This document shows, piece by piece, positions 10,303-20,207 of a DNA stretch of 64,000 nt. A program made the position numbers and the translations under genes. The notes beneath the pieces are model-generated. The model was given only the letters and a program-made list of their open reading frames with translations. It had not been told where the DNA came from and searched no databases. The stretch spans positions 1,313-65,312 of the forward strand of contig JABDCC010000005.1 of NCBI GenBank assembly GCA_013288335.1, written 5' to 3'. Source of the DNA: Alphaproteobacteria bacterium (GTDB taxonomy: Bacteria > Pseudomonadota > Alphaproteobacteria > Rickettsiales > JABCZZ01). Position 1 is the first letter of the stretch. Every line of letters begins with the position of its first letter.

Positions 10303-11478
10303 CTAACTTCTCTTCAGTACGTTAAAAATCCTCTCATATTCTTCAATGGCAAAGCGGTCAGTCATACCGGCAACAAAATCTGCAACGGTTTCGGCGGTTT
10401 TCTTTGTGCCCGATTTATCCGTGAGTTTGCGCCATTCCGTTGGCAGACACTCAGGTTCTGCAAGGAAAAATCTGAATAATTCTTTCAACACCCGGCGCGC
10501 TTTACTAGTCATACGGTTGACGCGGTAATGGCGGTACATATTGACCATCAGAAATTCTTTGAGTACGCGAATCTGAGCATCAACATCTTTAGAAAAAGCC
10601 ACCAAAGGTTTGCCGAGCGCGCGCACCTGCTCCGGCGAGGTAACTTTATACACTTTTATGCGTTTGCTGGTCTCATGAATTAAATCCGATGCCATCAGGT
10701 TAATCATACGGCGAATGGCTTCGTGAATCAGGCGGTGTTCCTCAAGATTAGGATAACGCTTGCGTACTTCAGCAAAAGCTCTGCCAGCTAATGGAACTTT
10801 ACACAAATCTTCAATCGTAAATAACCCAGAACGAAGCCCGTCATCTATATCATGATTATTATATGCGATATCGTCAGCAAGGGAGGCTACTTGCGCCTCT
10901 GCACTCGCATAGGTGTGTATTTCCAGATTATGTTTCTTGAGGTATTCCGCCATTGCACGTGGTATTTTTTTTACTGGCCCATTATGTTTGACAATACCTT
11001 CCAGCGTTTCCCATGTCAGATTCAGCCCGTCAAACTCTGCGTAGCGATGCTCAAGTTTAGTTAAAAGCCGAAGTGTTTGTGCATTGTGATCAAACCCGCC
11101 AAAATCTTTCATAGTTTCTTTGAGTGCATCCTCCCCGGCATGGCCAAACGGCGTATGCCCCAAATCATGCGCAAGTGACAAAGCTTCTGCTAAATCTTCA
11201 TTCAAACCCAGCGATCTGCTCATAGAACGTGCAAGCTGTGCTACCTCTAAGCTATGAGTGAGGCGGGTGCGGTAGTGATCGCCCTCGTGATTCACAAATA
11301 CTTGCGTTTTATACTCTAAGCGCCGAAAGGCAGCAGAATGAATAATCCGGTCGCGATCACGCTGAAACACACTGCGCATAGGGTCTTCACGCTCTTTATG
11401 AAGTCTTCCACGGCTTTTTGCCGGGTCACAAGCATACGGCGCAAGATAGCTATCTACTTTTTTATCATTGATTTGCAT
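10303..11478 (-). CDS. dgt: dGTP triphosphohydrolase-like HD-domain protein
   Basis: 391 aa with the HD-domain motifs RLTHSLEVAQLAR and HDLGHTPFGH. Confidence 0.9.
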   Translation of the reverse strand: MQINDKKVDSYLAPYACDPAKSRGRLHKEREDPMRSVFQRDRDRIIHSAAFRRLEYKTQVFVNHEGDHYRTRLTHSLEVAQLARSMSRSLGLNEDLAEALSLAHDLGHTPFGHAGEDALKETMKDFGGFDHNAQTLRLLTKLEHRYAEFDGLNLTWETLEGIVKHNGPVKKIPRAMAEYLKKHNLEIHTYASAEAQVASLADDIAYNNHDIDDGLRSGLFTIEDLCKVPLAGRAFAEVRKRYPNLEEHRLIHEAIRRMINLMASDLIHETSKRIKVYKVTSPEQVRALGKPLVAFSKDVDAQIRVLKEFLMVNMYRHYRVNRMTSKARRVLKELFRFFLAEPECLPTEWRKLTDKSGTKKTAETVADFVAGMTDRFAIEEYERIFNVLKRS

Positions 11479-11597
11479 GGATAATCCTGGTCATTAAGCT
11501 ATATTTTCTGAATGTAACAAAAGCTTCACACTATTTACTATACGGATATGCTACTTTCGTAAATAGAAGTTAATTACGGCGAAATTGAGGATTATTT

Positions 11598-11906
11598 ATG
11601 AGCACTAATAATGTCCCTGATACTTATAACGGTAAACCCACAAAATATGAACTTTTTGATGGGTTTCTTCAAAGCAACCTGCTCGTAAAAATTTTGTATT
11701 TTGTGATTTTTCCCCTCGTTCCTATCATAGTAGAGATTTCACAAGCGGCTTCAGCAAAAGAAAATGCCAAACTCGCCGCTGCCTCTATGAGCTATAATAA
11801 TCAAGGCGGCGGAAATAATGGTTATGGTTATTCAGCCGGAGAATCACAGCAAAATTCACGTTTCCGCGACACAGTCACACAAGACAGAGGTGGACGGACA
11901 CTCTAG
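11598..11906 (+). CDS. hypothetical small membrane protein with G/N/Y/Q-rich tail
   Basis: 102 aa with a good SD (GAGGA) 7 nt upstream, one hydrophobic segment and a low-complexity C-terminus (NNQGGGNNGYGYSAGESQQNS). I recognise no family. Confidence 0.5.
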   Translation: MSTNNVPDTYNGKPTKYELFDGFLQSNLLVKILYFVIFPLVPIIVEISQAASAKENAKLAAASMSYNNQGGGNNGYGYSAGESQQNSRFRDTVTQDRGGRTL

Positions 11907-11932
11907 TTGACGGCCACCTCTTTCGGCTTTTT
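11886..11932 (+). terminator. possible intrinsic terminator (weak)
   Basis: An 8-bp stem AGAGGTGG/CCACCTCT (11886-11893 and 11914-11921) is followed by TTCGGCTTTTTT. The 20-nt loop is larger than canonical. Confidence 0.3.
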
Positions 11933-12031
11933 TCCGAATCGCACTGTATAGTACAACAACCTGATTTAATTTCAATTTTCGGTCAACTCAAGTTACATTG
12001 AGCTAAATATTTAAGCGATAATGAATTAGTA

Positions 12032-12274
12032 TTATGGCCTATTGATGGAGTTTTTAATTCGCTTATTTTTTTCTTCGTTATATTTACTTCCGAATTTTTT
12101 GTCTTCATCTTCAGATATTGAAGCCTCTATTGTTTCTGCGTAACGCTCAAGAAGAAATACCATTTCGTGTTTATCAAGAATACCGCTATCTGGAAGACAT
12201 TTATTGATTAACTTTGCTAATTTGGATTCGAATTTTTCTATCTGACTATACATACATTGGAACTCTCTTCTCAT
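12032..12274 (-). CDS. hypothetical protein (small ORFan)
   Basis: 80 aa ORF in an AT-rich spacer, with no clear SD and no recognisable domain. Confidence 0.3.
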   Translation of the reverse strand: MRREFQCMYSQIEKFESKLAKLINKCLPDSGILDKHEMVFLLERYAETIEASISEDEDKKFGSKYNEEKNKRIKNSINRP

Positions 12275-12472
12275 TCATTTTAAATAATAGTGTTAGACGC
12301 TAATTTAACATAATAAATCAGTGATTTGTATTACATTTTGATGAAATTTAATATTTCCGCTATTTTTGTCAAACATAACAACCCCTTAAAACTAATTATA
12401 AATATATACCCTTTTTGTAAATTTGGCTCTATACTGCGCGGCTATTTAAAATGAGCCTAGGAAAGAAACGTA

Positions 12473-15409
12473 ATGATCACTGATGATTTTATCCGCGTAC
12501 GCGGCGCAAAAGAACATAATCTTAAATCCGTCGATGTCGATATTCCGCGCAACCAGCTTATTGTAATGACTGGGCTTTCCGGTTCAGGCAAATCTTCGCT
12601 TGCGTTCGACACTATCTATGCAGAAGGCCAGCGCCGTTATGTGGAAAGTCTTTCTTCCTATGCGCGCCAGTTCTTGAATATTCAGGATAAACCCGATGTG
12701 GAATCCATCACCGGCCTTTCCCCTGCTATCGCCATTGATCAGAAAACCACCTCACGCAACCCACGCTCAACGGTCGGAACTGTTACCGAAATTTACGATT
12801 ACATGCGCCTGCTTTACGCCCGCATTGGCATTCCCTACTCTCCCGCCACTGGCTTGCCAATTGAAAGCCAGAGCGTTACCCAGATGGTAGATCGTATTCT
12901 GGCATTGCCCGAAGGTACAAAAATTTACCTGCTCGCACCTATCGTGCGCGGTCACAAAGGTGAACACCGCAAAGAAATTATGGCCTTGCAAAAACAAGGT
13001 TTCCAGCGCGTCAAAATTGATGGCAAAATTCATGAAATAAGCGACTTGCCTGATTTTGATAAAAACAAAAAACATAATATCGAAGTCGTAGTGGATCGCA
13101 TCGTAGTTTCCAAAGACCTTGGCAACCGTTTACCTGACAGCATTGAAACCGCATTGCGTTTAAGCGATGGGTTGCTGCTTGTTGAAATTGTAGCGTTACC
13201 GGAAAAAGAGAAGGCGGGAAAAGGAGAAAAAGGGAAAAAGAACACAAAACTTCCAGATTCCAAAATTCCTGAATTCCCGAATTCGGGTAATATTATCACC
13301 CTCTCCTCTAAGTTCTCCTGCCCGGTTTCTGGTTTCACGCTTGACGAAATCGAACCACGCCTCTTTTCATTCAACAGCCCTTTTGGCGCCTGCAAAGTCT
13401 GCGATGGGCTTGGCACTGAAATGGTATTTGATCCTGAACTTATCATACCAAATTCCACCCTTTCTCTTTACGATAAAGCAGTGGCACCCTGGGCGAATTC
13501 GCCTTCTAAATATTTCATTCAGACATTTGAAGGTTTAGCACGCCATTATAAATTCAGCGTTCACACACCTTATAATGAATTACCCAAAGAGATTCAGAAA
13601 ATCATTCTTTACGGATCGGGCGAAGAAGAAATTAAAATATCTTATAACGACGGCACACGCTCCTTTACCTCCAACAAACCCTTTGAAGGCGTAATTCCCA
13701 ATCTGGTTCGCCGCTCGCGCGAAACCGAGAGCGAATATATGCGTGAGGAACTTACCAAATACCAAAACATCACCCATTGTAACGCCTGTGATGGCTATCG
13801 CTTAAATCCCGAAGCATTATGTGTACGGGTTGGAGGCTTGCATATCGGTGAAGTCTGCAAAATAACCATAGAAAAATCTGCGGAATGGTTTGAAGTTCTC
13901 GAGAAAAAACTCAGCAAAAAACATCAGCAGATTGCTGAAAAAGTATTGAAGGAAATTCGTGACCGCCTTGGCTTCTTAGTCAATGTGGGTCTTGATTATC
14001 TGACGCTCTCGCGTGAAGCAGGAACGCTCTCCGGCGGCGAAGCACAACGTATTCGCTTAGCATCGCAGATTGGTTCCGGCCTTTCCGGTGTATTATATGT
14101 ACTTGATGAGCCTTCGATTGGGCTTCATCAATGCGACAATGAACGATTGCTTGCCACTCTCAAAAATTTAAAAGACCTCGGCAATACCGTGATTGTTGTA
14201 GAGCATGACGAAGACACTATGCGCCATTCCGATTACTTGATTGATATGGGCCCCGGCGCAGGTTTACATGGTGGAAAGATTGTTGCGCAAGGCACCGCAA
14301 AAGAAGTGATGGCAGTGAAAGAAAGTATTACCGGTCAATATCTTTCTGGCGCAAGAAGCATCCCGCTTCCGGCAAATCGCCGTCCGGTTTCGCGTAATAA
14401 AAAAATTACCATTACCGGCGCACGCGCAAACAACCTGCAAAATGTAACTGCTGATATTCCGTTGGGTGTTTTCTGCTGTATCACCGGTGTTTCTGGTGGC
14501 GGCAAATCTAGCCTTATCATCGAAACATTATACAAAGCCGTTATGCGCAAACTTCACGGCAGCAAAGACGCTGCTGGCGCACATGACAGCATTACCGGCA
14601 TTGAATATATCGATAAAATCATTGAGATTGATCAGTCGCCGATTGGTCGCACACCACGCTCAAACCCTGCCACCTACACGGGCGCGTTCTCACCCATTCG
14701 TGATTGGTTTACCGCATTGCCAGAATCAGCAGCACGCGGCTATAAATCAGGGCGTTTCTCGTTCAACGTCAAAGGCGGACGCTGCGAAACCTGCCAAGGC
14801 GATGGCATGATTAAGATCGAAATGCATTTCCTGCCAGACGTCTATGTCAAATGCGACGAATGTCAGGGACGCCGCTATAACCGCGAAACTTTGGAAATTA
14901 AATACCGCGATAAATCTATTTCCGACGTTTTAAATATGACGGTGGATGAAGCAGTACCATTCTTCGCCTCAAACCCATCAGTGCTTGAAAAATGCGCGGC
15001 GCTCCATGAAGTAGGGCTTGGCTATATTACGCTTGGGCAATCCGCCACCACACTCTCCGGCGGTGAAGCACAGCGTATTAAACTTGCCAAAGAGCTTTCC
15101 AAACGCTCTACCGGCAGAACTTTGTATATTCTTGATGAGCCAACTACTGGTCTTCACAGCGAAGACATCCGCAAGCTACTTTTGGTACTCCATAAGCTTG
15201 TAGATGCTGGAAATACCATCGTGGTGATTGAACATAATCTTGACGTTATTAAAACCGCCGATTGGATTATTGATATTGGTCCTGCAGGTGGCAATAAGGG
15301 CGGAAAGATTGTCGCTTTTGGTACACCAGAGCAGATTGCTGCAAGCAAGGAAAGTGTCACCGGACGTTATATAAAGCCGCTGTTGAAGAAAATGGCTAAC
15401 GCGAGTTAA
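12473..15409 (+). CDS. uvrA: excinuclease ABC subunit A
   Basis: 978 aa with two ABC modules (GLSGSGKSS and GVSGGGKSS Walker A; two LSGGEAQR signatures) and CxxC zinc modules. Confidence 0.97.
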   Translation: MITDDFIRVRGAKEHNLKSVDVDIPRNQLIVMTGLSGSGKSSLAFDTIYAEGQRRYVESLSSYARQFLNIQDKPDVESITGLSPAIAIDQKTTSRNPRSTVGTVTEIYDYMRLLYARIGIPYSPATGLPIESQSVTQMVDRILALPEGTKIYLLAPIVRGHKGEHRKEIMALQKQGFQRVKIDGKIHEISDLPDFDKNKKHNIEVVVDRIVVSKDLGNRLPDSIETALRLSDGLLLVEIVALPEKEKAGKGEKGKKNTKLPDSKIPEFPNSGNIITLSSKFSCPVSGFTLDEIEPRLFSFNSPFGACKVCDGLGTEMVFDPELIIPNSTLSLYDKAVAPWANSPSKYFIQTFEGLARHYKFSVHTPYNELPKEIQKIILYGSGEEEIKISYNDGTRSFTSNKPFEGVIPNLVRRSRETESEYMREELTKYQNITHCNACDGYRLNPEALCVRVGGLHIGEVCKITIEKSAEWFEVLEKKLSKKHQQIAEKVLKEIRDRLGFLVNVGLDYLTLSREAGTLSGGEAQRIRLASQIGSGLSGVLYVLDEPSIGLHQCDNERLLATLKNLKDLGNTVIVVEHDEDTMRHSDYLIDMGPGAGLHGGKIVAQGTAKEVMAVKESITGQYLSGARSIPLPANRRPVSRNKKITITGARANNLQNVTADIPLGVFCCITGVSGGGKSSLIIETLYKAVMRKLHGSKDAAGAHDSITGIEYIDKIIEIDQSPIGRTPRSNPATYTGAFSPIRDWFTALPESAARGYKSGRFSFNVKGGRCETCQGDGMIKIEMHFLPDVYVKCDECQGRRYNRETLEIKYRDKSISDVLNMTVDEAVPFFASNPSVLEKCAALHEVGLGYITLGQSATTLSGGEAQRIKLAKELSKRSTGRTLYILDEPTTGLHSEDIRKLLLVLHKLVDAGNTIVVIEHNLDVIKTADWIIDIGPAGGNKGGKIVAFGTPEQIAASKESVTGRYIKPLLKKMANAS

Positions 15410-15960
15410 CCCCAATTCGGCGCTGATTTCTTATATTCAGCAAAACTCTGCTGAGCTTTATCACGCTCGGAAATCGTGGGGTTAGTGATTGGCCATTTGA
15501 TGCCTATTTCCGGATCGTCATATTTTATGCCGCCTTCGCCAACTGCATTATAAACACTCGTTACCTTGTAAAGCATATCGGCAGGCTCATCCCCGAGCAC
15601 ACAAAATCCATGCGCAAATCCAGGTGGAATCCAGAATAGCTTGCCATTCTCACCGGTAAGCTCAATACCATAATATTTGCCAAATGTTTTGGACTGCGGG
15701 CGAATATCCACAGCGACATCCCACACTTTGCCTCTTATGACGCCAACCAGTTTTCCTTGTGGTGGCGCATACTGATAATGAATTCCGCGCAAAATCCCGG
15801 GCGCTGAACGCGAGTGATTATCCTGCAGGAAAATATGCGGCAAGCCTGCTTCGGCAAAACGCTTCACATGAAACCGCTCAACAAAAAAGCCGCGCGCATC
15901 ACCATGTACGTCCAGCTCTATAATTTTTAACCCTTCAAGTTCGCAATCACTTATTTTCAT
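15406..15960 (-). CDS. rfbC: dTDP-4-dehydrorhamnose 3,5-epimerase
   Basis: 184 aa cupin with the motifs DARGFF, LRGIHYQ and GFAHGF. Confidence 0.93.
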   Translation of the reverse strand: MKISDCELEGLKIIELDVHGDARGFFVERFHVKRFAEAGLPHIFLQDNHSRSAPGILRGIHYQYAPPQGKLVGVIRGKVWDVAVDIRPQSKTFGKYYGIELTGENGKLFWIPPGFAHGFCVLGDEPADMLYKVTSVYNAVGEGGIKYDDPEIGIKWPITNPTISERDKAQQSFAEYKKSAPNWG

Positions 15961-16829
15961 TTTTTCTTTAACTCCATGCAGGCGGTGAGGCCTTCTTGCC
16001 AGCTCGGCATTGTAATATCAAACGTGGATTTAATCTTACTGCAATCCAGCCGTGAATTATGCGGACGTTTGGCAGGCAACGGATATTCAGTGGTTGGAAT
16101 TGGCAGGATATGGCGGACTTTTACTGGCAAATCAAGATCTCTTGCATATTGCACGATTTCAATCGCAAATCCATACCAGCTGGTAACCCCTTTGTTACAC
16201 ATATTATAAATTCCTGAAGGAAATTTGGGAAGTTTAAGGGCGGCATCCACTATCATTAATATAGCTCTCGCAAGGTGTCGTGCATAGGTAGGTGCGCCAA
16301 ACTGATCATTAATGATGCGCAATTCTTCACGCTCACTTGCGAGCCTTAAAATTGAATTTAGAAAATTTCGCCCTTCCGCGTCATATACCCAAGAGGTACG
16401 AAAAATAAGATATTTACCGCCCACCCGCGCAATCGCGTCTTCACCGGCAAGTTTAGAACGCCCATATGCATTCAGCGGCTCCGGAGAATCATCTTCTCTC
16501 CAAGGAATATCACCACTGCCGTTAAACACATAATCAGTGGAAAGATGTACGAACGGAATATGACGACGCGCGCAGTAAATCGCCATGGCCGCAGGAGACT
16601 GTGAATTAACAATAGTTGCAAGGCTTTCCTCAGACTCTGCATTATCCACGCTCGTATATGCCGCTGCATTGATGACTGCATAAGGATCATACTGCTCTAA
16701 TATTTCCGTAAGTTTATGGGGATGCGACAAGTCTGCGATGCTGCGTTCCAAAAAAATTGCATTGGGGCGAAAATGCCGGATTGCCTGCGCGAGCTGGCCA
16801 CGTGAGCCTATTACAAGGAGCGGCTTCAT
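15957..16829 (-). CDS. rfbD: dTDP-4-dehydrorhamnose reductase
   Basis: 290 aa with an N-terminal Rossmann GSRGQL, STDYVF and YGRSK. It has 4-bp overlaps with both neighbours. Confidence 0.92.
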   Translation of the reverse strand: MKPLLVIGSRGQLAQAIRHFRPNAIFLERSIADLSHPHKLTEILEQYDPYAVINAAAYTSVDNAESEESLATIVNSQSPAAMAIYCARRHIPFVHLSTDYVFNGSGDIPWREDDSPEPLNAYGRSKLAGEDAIARVGGKYLIFRTSWVYDAEGRNFLNSILRLASEREELRIINDQFGAPTYARHLARAILMIVDAALKLPKFPSGIYNMCNKGVTSWYGFAIEIVQYARDLDLPVKVRHILPIPTTEYPLPAKRPHNSRLDCSKIKSTFDITMPSWQEGLTACMELKKK

Positions 16830-17701
16830 TTCTCTGCCTCTGCTACCAGTTCGCTCAAATAAGATCCGTAATGGCTTTTAGTATTTGCTGCCGCGAGTGT
16901 TTTGAGCTTTGCCAGATCAATAAATTTTTTGGCAAATGCTATTTCTTCCAAGCATGCCACTCGTTGCCCCTGACGTTGTTCGATTGTCTGCACAAATTGC
17001 GCTGCCGCAAGCAGTGAATCCGGTGTTCCCGTATCAAGCCATGCAGCGCCCCTGCCCATTAACTCTACATTAAGATTACCTTGTTTAAGATAAACATTAT
17101 TTACATCGGTAATCTCAAGCTCGCCGCGCGCCGAAGGTTTCATGTTCTTTGCAATCTGTACCACCTGATTGTCATAAAAATAAAGCCCGGTGACGGCAAA
17201 ATTAGATTTCGGATTTTTCGGTTTTTCTTCAATGGAAAGTGCTTTGCCGGATTTATCAAACTCAATCACGCCGTAACGCTCCGGGTCTTTTACGCGGTAA
17301 CCAAATACGGTAGCGCCGCTTTTAAGCGCTGCCGCTTCTTCGAGCTGGGCGGTTAAAGATTGTCCAAAGAATAAATTATCACCAAGCACCAGACAGACAG
17401 GAGAGTTACCGATAAATTCCTCACCAATGAGGAATGCCTGCGCAATACCTTCCGGCTTTGGCTGCGCTTTATAGGAAAGTGTGATGCCCAGCGATTTTCC
17501 ATCGCCAAGTAATTCCTCAATCATCGGCAAATCACGTGGGGTGCTGATAATAAGAATTTCCCGGATTCCTGCGAGCATTACCAGCGAAAGCGGGTAATAA
17601 ATCATGGGCTTATCGTAAATCGGCAGCAATTGCTTGCTGATGGCATTTGTCATCGGTGAAAGCCTTGTGCCAGAGCCGCCCGCAAGAATAATTGCTTTCA
17701 T
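16826..17701 (-). CDS. rfbA: glucose-1-phosphate thymidylyltransferase
   Basis: 291 aa beginning [17 protein letters not shown], with LGDNLF and other motifs typical of RmlA. Confidence 0.95.
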   Translation of the reverse strand: MKAIILAGGSGTRLSPMTNAISKQLLPIYDKPMIYYPLSLVMLAGIREILIISTPRDLPMIEELLGDGKSLGITLSYKAQPKPEGIAQAFLIGEEFIGNSPVCLVLGDNLFFGQSLTAQLEEAAALKSGATVFGYRVKDPERYGVIEFDKSGKALSIEEKPKNPKSNFAVTGLYFYDNQVVQIAKNMKPSARGELEITDVNNVYLKQGNLNVELMGRGAAWLDTGTPDSLLAAAQFVQTIEQRQGQRVACLEEIAFAKKFIDLAKLKTLAAANTKSHYGSYLSELVAEAEK

Positions 17702-17725
17702 GGAATTTCCTTAATTAAAGCAGTT

Positions 17726-20032
17726 TTAGCCGATAACTTCGCGTTTACCCACATGGTTGGCGGAACCGACGATGCCTTCAAGTTCCATTCGATCAATGAG
17801 GCGAGCAGCGCGGTTATAGCCAAGTTTTAAGGTGCGTTGCAAATAGCTGGTGGAGGCTTTGCGATCACGTAGCACAATAGCAACTGCCTGACGATACACA
17901 TCACCGTCATCATCGTCTTCGTCACCGCCTTCTGCACCAAATTCAAATTCTTCAGGGTCACGGGTTACGTCTTCAACATAAGTCGGCGCGCCTTGCGCGC
18001 GTAAATGTGCAACAATATCTTCTACTTCTTTATCATTGATGAGAGGCCCGTGTACACGCGTAATGCGCCCGCCACCTGCCATGTATAACATATCACCCTG
18101 TCCGAGCAGTTGCTCAGCACCCTGCTCGCCTAAGATGGTACGGCTATCAATGCGCGACGTCACCTGAAAGCTGATGCGTGTGGGAAAGTTTGCTTTAATA
18201 ACGCCGGTAATAACATCCACTGAGGGGCGTTGCGTTGCCATGATGATATGAATACCGGCCGCGCGTGCCATCTGCGCTAAGCGCTGGATGGAGGTTTCAA
18301 TCTCCTTACCTGCAACAATCATCAAGTCTGCCATTTCATCGACTACCACCACAATAAATGGCAGAGGGTTCATATCGAGCGGCACTTCTTCAATAATGGG
18401 AGAGCCCGTGTCGGGGTTAAAACCAGTCTGCACGGTGCGTGTTAGTTTATCGCCTTTGGCTTTGGCCTCATTGATGCGTTTGTTGTAGCCTTCGATGTTG
18501 CGAACACCCAAGCTCGACATCAAGCGGTAACGGTTTTCCATTTCCTTCACCGTCCATTTAAGCGCAACCACGGCTTTGCCGGGTTCAGTTACCACAGGCG
18601 AAATCAGATGCGGAATATCGTCATACACCGAAAGCTCAAGCATTTTCGGATCAATCATAATGAATTTGCATTGCTCAGGCGTGAGCTTATAGACCAGTGA
18701 CGCGATCATGGTGTTAATTGCCACCGATTTACCTGAACCCGTCGTACCGGCTACAAGTAAATGCGGCATGCGCGCAAGATCCACCACAATCGGCGTTCCG
18801 CTGATATCCTTACCGAGCGCAATTGGCAGATTCGCCTGCGTATTGACAAAGCTTTCATCCTCTAAAAGTTCGCGCAAATACACGGTTTCACGTGCCAAGT
18901 TCGGCAATTCGACACCGATTACATTGCGACCGGGAACCGTCGCAATACGGGTGGAAATCGCACTCATGGAACGGGCAATATCATCCGCCAACCCAATCAC
19001 ACGCGAAGATTTTGTGCCGGGAGATGGCTCAAGTTCATAGAGCGTTACCACAGGGCCAGGGCGCACTTTAGTGATCTCACCGTTGATGCCAAAATCATTG
19101 AGAACTGTCTCAAGCAAGCGTGCATTTTGCGATAATGCTGCTTCATTCATCTGTTGTTTTTTGCCTTTCTTGCTCGCTTCAGAAAGCAATGACAAGGATG
19201 GAATCTGGTATTTGCCTTTACGCGCAGGTAAATCAAAAGAAGACTGCGCCACCTTTTGCGATTTCTGCTTCGGCGCCGCCACAAGATATTTCTTGTTTTT
19301 CTTTTTTACTTCTATTGCGTCTTCATCTTCTTCATCAGCCACACGCTTGGAAAGACGCTTGCGCCATGATTTTGGCTTTGCTTCAAGTTCTTCTTCGTCC
19401 TCTTCATCCTCGTCTTTGGGTAGTCCGGGTATAACTAAACCAACTGCTTTACAGGCCAGCGCCACCGATTTCCAGCTAATACGCACCACTGCTTTCCATT
19501 CGCGAAGGCTAAGCCCAAGTGCGATGGGAACTGAGCCTGCGAGCAATATTAAAATAAATGGCAAATACGCTAAGGCTACAAAATGTTTTAAAAACACCCT
19601 TTTTACCTGCAAGCCGATTGCGCCGCCAAGACCACTCTCTATCGGCCAAAAAACGGGCGCTTCAATGGTCGCAAACAATGTTGCAAACAACACAAGGCTT
19701 AATATAAAAAGGGTAAGACGAATACCAAGAAGTGATGGCAGACGCTTGCTCGCAACAAGCCGCCAGCCCCAGGCCGCAGTCATCATGACTATGAGTATGG
19801 AAGCAAGCCCAAGCGTTTGCAGTAGAGGATTTGCAATATATGCACCTACCCTCCCCGCATAATTTAACACCGGATGATCAGCCGCCATATTGAATGACGG
19901 GTCAGAATCGTGAAACCCGATGAGTGCCACGGTTAAAAATAACGCGAAGACGATAAGAAATACGCCGATAATTTCCTTGATAAGGGAAACCGGCCAGGAC
20001 TGAACATTGTTAAGGGGCATCACGTTGCGCAT
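17726..20032 (-). CDS. ftsK: DNA translocase FtsK
   Basis: 768 aa with N-terminal TM segments, an acidic/basic linker, the motor Walker A GTTGSGKS and a C-terminal gamma winged helix (TSYLQRTLKLGYNRAARLIDRME). Confidence 0.95.
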   Translation of the reverse strand: MRNVMPLNNVQSWPVSLIKEIIGVFLIVFALFLTVALIGFHDSDPSFNMAADHPVLNYAGRVGAYIANPLLQTLGLASILIVMMTAAWGWRLVASKRLPSLLGIRLTLFILSLVLFATLFATIEAPVFWPIESGLGGAIGLQVKRVFLKHFVALAYLPFILILLAGSVPIALGLSLREWKAVVRISWKSVALACKAVGLVIPGLPKDEDEEDEEELEAKPKSWRKRLSKRVADEEDEDAIEVKKKNKKYLVAAPKQKSQKVAQSSFDLPARKGKYQIPSLSLLSEASKKGKKQQMNEAALSQNARLLETVLNDFGINGEITKVRPGPVVTLYELEPSPGTKSSRVIGLADDIARSMSAISTRIATVPGRNVIGVELPNLARETVYLRELLEDESFVNTQANLPIALGKDISGTPIVVDLARMPHLLVAGTTGSGKSVAINTMIASLVYKLTPEQCKFIMIDPKMLELSVYDDIPHLISPVVTEPGKAVVALKWTVKEMENRYRLMSSLGVRNIEGYNKRINEAKAKGDKLTRTVQTGFNPDTGSPIIEEVPLDMNPLPFIVVVVDEMADLMIVAGKEIETSIQRLAQMARAAGIHIIMATQRPSVDVITGVIKANFPTRISFQVTSRIDSRTILGEQGAEQLLGQGDMLYMAGGGRITRVHGPLINDKEVEDIVAHLRAQGAPTYVEDVTRDPEEFEFGAEGGDEDDDDGDVYRQAVAIVLRDRKASTSYLQRTLKLGYNRAARLIDRMELEGIVGSANHVGKREVIG

Positions 20033-20207
20033 AGGGTATATATGCTATATCGGGATTATTTTGCAAGAACATAACTAATTTTTATGACCGAAACCATAGC
20101 AAAACTGCCATATTTGGATAATCGGGTTGTTTGGAAGGCCGAAAGCTAACTATTTGTTAACCTTTTTGGGGTATATTTTAGGGAATAAATTTTTAAGTAG
20201 TGATGTT

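Noticed and set aside
10216-10479. An 87-aa plus-strand ORF starts inside tRNA-Leu and runs antisense into dgt.
   Set aside because: It overlaps a well-folded tRNA and is antisense to dgt, so it is spurious.
10303-11478. The dGTPase-like gene could be an anti-phage nucleotide-depletion defence gene.
   Set aside because: This is the ordinary Dgt-like HD protein that I expect as a single-copy housekeeping gene in alphaproteobacteria. The flanking genes (tRNA-Leu, lipB) are core and no other defence genes are adjacent.
11944-11959. CTGTATAGTACAACAA resembles an E. coli-type LexA box (CTGT-N8-ACAG) in the spacer region that also precedes uvrA.
   Set aside because: It has one mismatch in the right half-site and lies about 500 bp and one ORF away from the uvrA start. 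Alphaproteobacterial LexA is known to bind GTTC-N7-GTTC direct repeats, which I did not find here.
15406-15409. Convergent gene pairs share 4-bp overlapping stop codons: uvrA/rfbC (TTAA), E/LOG at 47800-47803 and dapE/oxygenase at 51240-51243.
   Set aside because: The overlaps are real but are a common consequence of genome compaction. They are noted within other findings rather than as a system in their own right.
19071-19862. A 263-aa ORF lies antisense to ftsK.
   Set aside because: It overlaps the FtsK linker and TM region. Its translation is low-complexity (poly-Ser/Phe), and the FtsK frame carries all the conserved motifs.
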